Below are positions 58,872-64,000 of a stretch of 64,000 nt of DNA, one piece after another; within the stretch, counting starts at the first letter, position 1; each line of letters starts with the position of its first letter. The translations under genes were made by a program, and so were the position numbers. This DNA is from Rhodospirillaceae bacterium (lineage in GTDB: Bacteria > Pseudomonadota > Alphaproteobacteria > TMED109): assembly GCA_902614225.1 (NCBI GenBank), contig CACMKJ010000001.1, positions 12,032 to 76,031 on the forward strand. Direction: 5' to 3'. A model generated the notes under the pieces. That model was not told the DNA's origin, searched no databases, and saw only the letters and a program-made list of their open reading frames with translations.

Positions 58872-59066
58872 TTGGCACTTAATAAAAATAATCCTAATGC
58901 TAGAGGAGCAAAGCAACAAGATAAAACATATAATGGCAAGCCTATTAAACCAGTATTATACGTAGGAAACTGGGTTGGACAAGGTAAATTCATGGCTGCA
59001 CAAACCGAAGATGGAAAGATTATAAAAGATAGCAGAGGTAAACCAATACCTTATGCAGCTTTTTAA
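58872..59066 (+). CDS. Small basic hypothetical protein (64 aa)
   Basis: SD GAGGT before a TTG start; NKNNPNARG...GKPIKPVLYVG..VGQGKFMAA...GKPIPY; Gly-rich and higher GC than its flanks. Confidence 0.75.
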   Translation: MALNKNNPNARGAKQQDKTYNGKPIKPVLYVGNWVGQGKFMAAQTEDGKIIKDSRGKPIPYAAF

Positions 59067-59071
59067 AAAAA

Positions 59072-59836
59072 TTGATATATAAAGCTTTACTTTATAAAGA
59101 ATTACTTCAATGGTATTATAATAATGGTGTAACTAATTCTTTACCTACTTTAGACTCAAGAGTTGGTAAAGTACCAGAAGAATTAAATACATCTTCTTTA
59201 GATATTCAAGATAACAACTTACCTGTTAAACTTGAAGAAGAAAAATCATCTGATGATTTAAAAGCAGTTATAACCTTAGAAGACCTTAAAAAATTAATTA
59301 TATTAAATTGTGATTGCCCATTAAAAAAAACAGCAAAAAATATAGTTTTTTCTGACGGCAATCCTCAAGCTAATATTATGTTTATTGGTGAGGCTCCAGG
59401 AGAAATTGAAGATAAAACGGGAAAGCCTTTCAAAGGAGAGGCAGGAAAATTATTAGATAAAATGTTACACGCAATCCAATTAAATAGGGAAAATGTTTAT
59501 CTGACAAATATAATTTTTTGGAGGCCTCCAGGCAATAGAAAGCCAACTGAAGAAGAAATTAGTGCGTGCTTACCTTTTGTAAAAAAACACATCAATTTAA
59601 TTAATCCAAAAATATTAGTATTAGTTGGAGCTACAGCTGCACGTGCTATATTTAATATTCAAACAGGAATAACACAAATAAGAGGAAAGTGGAAAAATAT
59701 AGAAACAAAAGATAAAAAAAGCCTTAAATCAATAGCAATTTTTCATCCAGCTTTCTTGCTTAGACAGCCTTCTAGAAAGAAAGAGGCTTGGGAAGATTTA
59801 AAAAAAATTAAGATAGAAATTGACACATATACTTGA
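59072..59836 (+). CDS. Uracil-DNA glycosylase family 4
   Basis: IGEAPG, GKPF, WRPPGNRKP, FHPAFLLR. Confidence 0.93.
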   Translation: MIYKALLYKELLQWYYNNGVTNSLPTLDSRVGKVPEELNTSSLDIQDNNLPVKLEEEKSSDDLKAVITLEDLKKLIILNCDCPLKKTAKNIVFSDGNPQANIMFIGEAPGEIEDKTGKPFKGEAGKLLDKMLHAIQLNRENVYLTNIIFWRPPGNRKPTEEEISACLPFVKKHINLINPKILVLVGATAARAIFNIQTGITQIRGKWKNIETKDKKSLKSIAIFHPAFLLRQPSRKKEAWEDLKKIKIEIDTYT

Positions 59837-59880
59837 TATAGTATCCTAATTTAATTGAATACTACATTTAGTATACTAAT

Positions 59881-61629
59881 ATGTTAAAAATTATATATAT
59901 ATTATTTGCATCCTTAATAGCTTTAAATTCAAAATCGAATGTAATAGAAAAAAGCCAAAACAGCTATTTTCTTTCTAAAATACTTAGTGATAGTGATATA
60001 AAAATTTATAAGAATGTAATGTTATATCAAAAGAAATATCAATGGGAAATGGCAGATAGAGCATTATTAAAAGTAGAAAACCCTATACTAGTTGGTCATT
60101 TTCAATATGAAAAATTAATGCACCCTAATAAGTATAAAGCATCCTACAAAGAACTTTCTAATTGGTTTAAAATAAATACTGATTATCCGCCTGTATTGAG
60201 AAAAAGAATTTATTATTTATTGATCAAAAGATTACCTGATAAAAACAAAAAAAAGTTATATCAAAAGCCTTTATTTGAAAATTATTTAAGGGGTTATGGA
60301 GAAGATAATTATATAAGGGGTTATAGCCTTCCAATAAAAAATAAACATAGTAAAAACATTAAAAATAAAGTTTCTAATTTAATGAGTGAAGAGAAACATG
60401 ATAGGCTGATCAATATTATCAATAGCAATGTAAATGATGATGCAAATTATCTAATAAATATTATTAATGAAGAAATTAAAAAAGTCTTTTTTAAAGGAGA
60501 TATTCATACATCAATGAAATTATTTGATATGTACGTAAATTCATTGAGCTCACCAAACCCTAATATTTATTTTAGAGCTGGAATTAATTCTTATAGATTA
60601 GGCCGCTTTAAAAAAGCAAAAAATTATTTCAATGAATGTAATAAAATTGTACAAAGCCATAATAAATGGTTATTTGCTGGATGTTCTTATTGGGAGTCAT
60701 TATTAGAGAATTCAGAAAAGAAAAAAAGTAAACTTTTAAAAAAAGCTTCTAAATTACCTAGAACACTCTATGGTCAATTGGCTATTGAACAATTAAATAT
60801 CTCTGACCCATTTACTTGGAGGAACTATTCTAATCAAAAGGAAGTAAACTTTTCTTATTTAAACGAAAACAAAATTTTTAAAAGAGCAATTGCACTTACT
60901 GAAGTTGGTTTGTACAATTATGCTGACTTAGAAATAAGAAACCTTTATAGCAAAACGCAAAAAGATGAACTAAATAATTTATTTCATGCAAGTGAGAAAC
61001 TTGATTTACCTGCGGTATTAATAAGATTAGGCTCTAAGTATTATAAAAAAGATTTAACATTATTTATGAGAGGCTTATACCCTACTCCAGACTGGCAAAT
61101 AAATTATGGATACAAAATAGATAAGGCTTTGCTGTTTGCTCTTATAAGACGCGAATCTGCTTTTAATTTTAAAGCTAAAAGTTCTAAAGGAGCAAGAGGT
61201 TTAATGCAAATAATGCCTAGAACGGCAAGTAAAATTAATAATGATTATAGATTAAGATATAGTAAAGCATATACATTATATTCTTTACAGCTTAATATAG
61301 AAATTGGACAAAAACTTCTTAATAGATTAATGAACAGTCCTAATGCAAAAAATTCAATATTAGATACATTAATAGCTTACAATGCTGGAACTACTAGGCT
61401 TAAAAAATGGAAGCAAAATATTAATAATATGGAGCCTATTGTTTTTATAGAGAGTATTCCAATAAAAGAAACTAGATGGTTTGTAAAGTATATTTTAACT
61501 GACCTTTGGATTTACAGAGACAAACTACAACAAGCTAAGCCATCAAGAGCATTATTGGCAAGAGGTAAATGGCCAAAATATGAAAATTTAGATTACAATA
61601 TAATTCATGATGCAAAGTTCAGAAGATAA
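59881..61629 (+). CDS. Soluble lytic transglycosylase (SLT domain)
   Basis: ALIRRESAF, GARGLMQIMP, AYNAG, ESIP..ETR. Confidence 0.92.
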   Translation: MLKIIYILFASLIALNSKSNVIEKSQNSYFLSKILSDSDIKIYKNVMLYQKKYQWEMADRALLKVENPILVGHFQYEKLMHPNKYKASYKELSNWFKINTDYPPVLRKRIYYLLIKRLPDKNKKKLYQKPLFENYLRGYGEDNYIRGYSLPIKNKHSKNIKNKVSNLMSEEKHDRLINIINSNVNDDANYLINIINEEIKKVFFKGDIHTSMKLFDMYVNSLSSPNPNIYFRAGINSYRLGRFKKAKNYFNECNKIVQSHNKWLFAGCSYWESLLENSEKKKSKLLKKASKLPRTLYGQLAIEQLNISDPFTWRNYSNQKEVNFSYLNENKIFKRAIALTEVGLYNYADLEIRNLYSKTQKDELNNLFHASEKLDLPAVLIRLGSKYYKKDLTLFMRGLYPTPDWQINYGYKIDKALLFALIRRESAFNFKAKSSKGARGLMQIMPRTASKINNDYRLRYSKAYTLYSLQLNIEIGQKLLNRLMNSPNAKNSILDTLIAYNAGTTRLKKWKQNINNMEPIVFIESIPIKETRWFVKYILTDLWIYRDKLQQAKPSRALLARGKWPKYENLDYNIIHDAKFRR

Positions 61630-62140
61630 GAATAAATCAATAAGTGTGAATATTGCTATTTTAACAGTATCTGATACTAGAACTATAAATAATGATAAAT
61701 CAGGTGACTATTTAGTCAATAGTGTAAAGCAAGAAGGTCATAATTGTACAGAAAGAAATATTGTTACTGATGATGTTAGTATAATTTTAAATATACTTCG
61801 TAAATGGATAGCTAATAAAAATATAGATGCTATTATTATCACAGGAGGAACAGGAATCACAGGAAGAGATGTTACACCAGAAGCCATTGATCTAATAAAA
61901 GATAAATATATTCCAGGGTTTGGTGAGGTTTTTAGATATATTAGTTATAAAAAAATTGGCTCATCATCAATCCAATCAAGAGCCATTGCTTGTGTGGCTA
62001 AAGGAACTTTTATATTTTCTTTGCCTGGATCTCCAGGTGCGTGTAAAGATGCATGGGAGGGCATAATCAAAAATCAATTAGATAGTACAAATAAGCCATG
62101 TAATTTAATAGAACTTATGCCTAGGCTCTTAGAAAAATAA
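61607..62140 (+). CDS. moaB: Molybdenum cofactor biosynthesis protein B
   Basis: ILTVSDTR, TGGTGITGRDVTPEA, QSRA, LPGSPGAC, PCN. Confidence 0.95.
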   Translation: MMQSSEDKNKSISVNIAILTVSDTRTINNDKSGDYLVNSVKQEGHNCTERNIVTDDVSIILNILRKWIANKNIDAIIITGGTGITGRDVTPEAIDLIKDKYIPGFGEVFRYISYKKIGSSSIQSRAIACVAKGTFIFSLPGSPGACKDAWEGIIKNQLDSTNKPCNLIELMPRLLEK

Positions 62141-62141
62141 C

Positions 62142-63035
62142 TTATCTTTGTTTTATCAAAATTCTTAATAACATATGTGGCACTGTCAATGCTGCTAAAC
62201 CTATAAAAATTAAAGATGTAATATTCTTTAAGTTGAAATCAGAGTAAAATAAGAAAAAAACTGTTAAACCTATTGCTAATGATAATATAGTATTAGTTAA
62301 AGCAACTAATCTAATTTTAACCTTACTTATTTTCTGTAATATGTCCTTTGCTTCCTCAAAGTTTTTATAACTATGAAAAAAGCAAAAATAAGATATAAAA
62401 AATAATAAAGGATCTAAAAAACATGCAGAGAAAATAATTATTAAGCTTTGTATTAGAGCATTTGCTGTAAATGAATTGCTGACAATAAAGTAAACTAAAA
62501 ATGCTAAATTTAAAAGGCCGAAGACTACTTGTATAGAAGAAAAGGTAAAAATATAGTTTGAGTTCGTAATATAATAATAAATATTTTCAACTGACTCTTT
62601 ATTAAATAAGATTGGAAAATTAATAACACTGAATCCTAGTGATATTTTTTTTATCTTTTGAATTTTGAGTGATGACCAATCTTCAGAAAAGTGAATCCCT
62701 GAAATTATTAAGAATATGGATAATGATAAAATGGGTAGAAATTGCCAAATTAAAAAAATAAATATGGCTATTAAAATATATATAAGATTGAAAACTAAAA
62801 ACTCATATAAGTTATTATATATTTTAAATTTTTTAGCTATCAAAGTATCAAGAGCTCCATGAGGTAATCCAAAAAAGACTACAAAACTAAATAAAATAAT
62901 TGATAAAATGTTAGTATCAGTAATACCAATATCGAAAATTTTAGAGAAAAGAAAAAATAGGGTAGAGGAGGTGAAAAAAAGATAAGTTTCAGTACTTATT
63001 TTTCTATTATTTAATTTTAAATTTTTATTAAACAC
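62142..63035 (-). CDS. blh: Brp/Blh beta-carotene 15,15'-dioxygenase
   Basis: Four His ligands: GLPHGALD, HFSEDW, CFFHS, LTVPHM; multiple TM helices. Confidence 0.95.
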   Translation of the reverse strand: MFNKNLKLNNRKISTETYLFFTSSTLFFLFSKIFDIGITDTNILSIILFSFVVFFGLPHGALDTLIAKKFKIYNNLYEFLVFNLIYILIAIFIFLIWQFLPILSLSIFLIISGIHFSEDWSSLKIQKIKKISLGFSVINFPILFNKESVENIYYYITNSNYIFTFSSIQVVFGLLNLAFLVYFIVSNSFTANALIQSLIIIFSACFLDPLLFFISYFCFFHSYKNFEEAKDILQKISKVKIRLVALTNTILSLAIGLTVFFLFYSDFNLKNITSLIFIGLAALTVPHMLLRILIKQR

Positions 63036-64000
63036 TTTAAAAAAATTCTTTTTGGCATTGCATATATAACTCTAAAATATTCAAGTAAATTAGCTTCTCC
63101 TAACATAAACTTAATAAATGTAGTAGGAGAAATATTTTTAGAAAAATAATAAAATATTTGCGGTGCTTTAGAAATATCAGAAGAAATAACTTTTAAGAAA
63201 ATTTTATCTAAAAAATTTTTTATAACCTCTCGCTTTTCTAATTTTTCTATATTACCTTTAATTTTAAGGTTATTGGCAGCCCTTTCTGACCATTTTTGAA
63301 TATCTACAAATGCGTAGCCAGACGATGGTCTAATAAAGCCAGCTAAACTACCACTTACAAAGTAGTTTTTTTTATTTTTAATCATCTTATTATTAACAAA
63401 TCCCATAGGTATTTTTCCATATTCTTTTCTAATGATTTGATATGGTTTTTTAAAATATTTGGATAAGACTATTCTTAATTCTTTTTCTATAATTTTTAAA
63501 GACAGATCCGTCTTTGTAAAGGTAGTTAGTTCAAACAGATAGGTATTTTTTTCAATAGGTAAAATATATTCAAAGTAAAATTTATTGTTAGATGTATGCA
63601 TATTATGCATTAAATAAGCATTGCTTTTCTTAAGGTTTATTTTTTCTTCAGATTTTATCTCATATCCTACAAAGCATTGGTACAGGAAAGGGTTTTTCTC
63701 GTAAATATGTATATTAGGTCTAGTATCCAAAATATTCTTTGCTAAATAAATACTTTTATTAGTAATTACTTCAAAGTAATTTTTTTTATTTTTTATACGT
63801 ATTATAGTTTCATTTAGCCTAAGCGTTATATGAGCATAATTTGAAATCTTTTTTTTTATAGATTCATAAAATTTTATACTTCTAATATAGTAATACTTAA
63901 AATTTTTTGATGATAAAAAATTAGTCCTATTACCAAGGTTAAATGAAAAACTACTCCAACTTGCTCCTATAATATTTTTATTTTTTTTAATGTTTTCTGA
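63017..64000 (-). CDS. crtY: Lycopene beta-cyclase (partial; 5' end outside the window)
   Basis: Frame is open from 64000 to the stop; DTRP, YQCFVGYEI, FEYILP, EYGKIPM, RPSSGYAF; adjacent to blh. Confidence 0.88.
   Translation of the reverse strand, partial: SENIKKNKNIIGASWSSFSFNLGNRTNFLSSKNFKYYYIRSIKFYESIKKKISNYAHITLRLNETIIRIKNKKNYFEVITNKSIYLAKNILDTRPNIHIYEKNPFLYQCFVGYEIKSEEKINLKKSNAYLMHNMHTSNNKFYFEYILPIEKNTYLFELTTFTKTDLSLKIIEKELRIVLSKYFKKPYQIIRKEYGKIPMGFVNNKMIKNKKNYFVSGSLAGFIRPSSGYAFVDIQKWSERAANNLKIKGNIEKLEKREVIKNFLDKIFLKVISSDISKAPQIFYYFSKNISPTTFIKFMLGEANLLEYFRVIYAMPKRIFLKCLIKI

Noticed and set aside
59839-59879. TAGTAT-N14-ATACTA and TTAGTATACTAA palindromes before the slt gene
   Set aside because: Short and AT-rich with no match to a regulator I can name; too weak without conservation data.
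1-64000. CRISPR arrays, rRNA, IS elements, prophage, recognisable anti-phage systems, alternative genetic code
   Set aside because: No repeat-spacer arrays, transposase or phage genes were seen. TGA ends trmL, gltD and udg at the expected positions, and conserved Trp residues use TGG.

Overview
A very AT-rich, gene-dense window from a streamlined marine alphaproteobacterium. The composition is SAR11-like, but mutL and two TonB-dependent receptors argue against core Pelagibacter (inference). The standard genetic code is used: TGA is a stop and Trp is TGG. Most of the window is housekeeping: hisI, folE, maf, cysS, thrS, gltBD, the rrf2-sufBCDS-DUF59-sufA operon, coq7, dsbB, ribF-ileS-lspA, pgi, mutL, rsmD, purD, xseA, lpxL-lpxK-waaA, pmbA, folD, ispE, udg, slt and moaB, plus tRNA-Leu(CAA) and tRNA-Gln(UUG). 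The first 12.5 kb are accessory and transport-rich. They hold tandem secreted paralogues, a GYD protein, a class III cyclase with non-canonical specificity residues, and a lipoprotein TRAP substrate-binding protein paired with a DASS/SLC13 permease instead of DctQM. They also hold a cobalamin riboswitch-btuB-DUF6580 unit and an operon of an acidic-loop TonB receptor, tonB, sufE and a DUF6787 gene missed by the ORF track. A full spermidine pathway follows tRNA-Leu, and the right end carries the crtY-blh tail of a retinal pathway. The best candidates for an undescribed system are the SBP+DASS pair, the acidic-loop receptor (possibly lanthanide/PQQ-linked, with an operator palindrome) and the BtuB+DUF6580 unit. 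No CRISPR array, rRNA, transposase, integrase or prophage was seen. Family names come from motif recognition, not from database searches.
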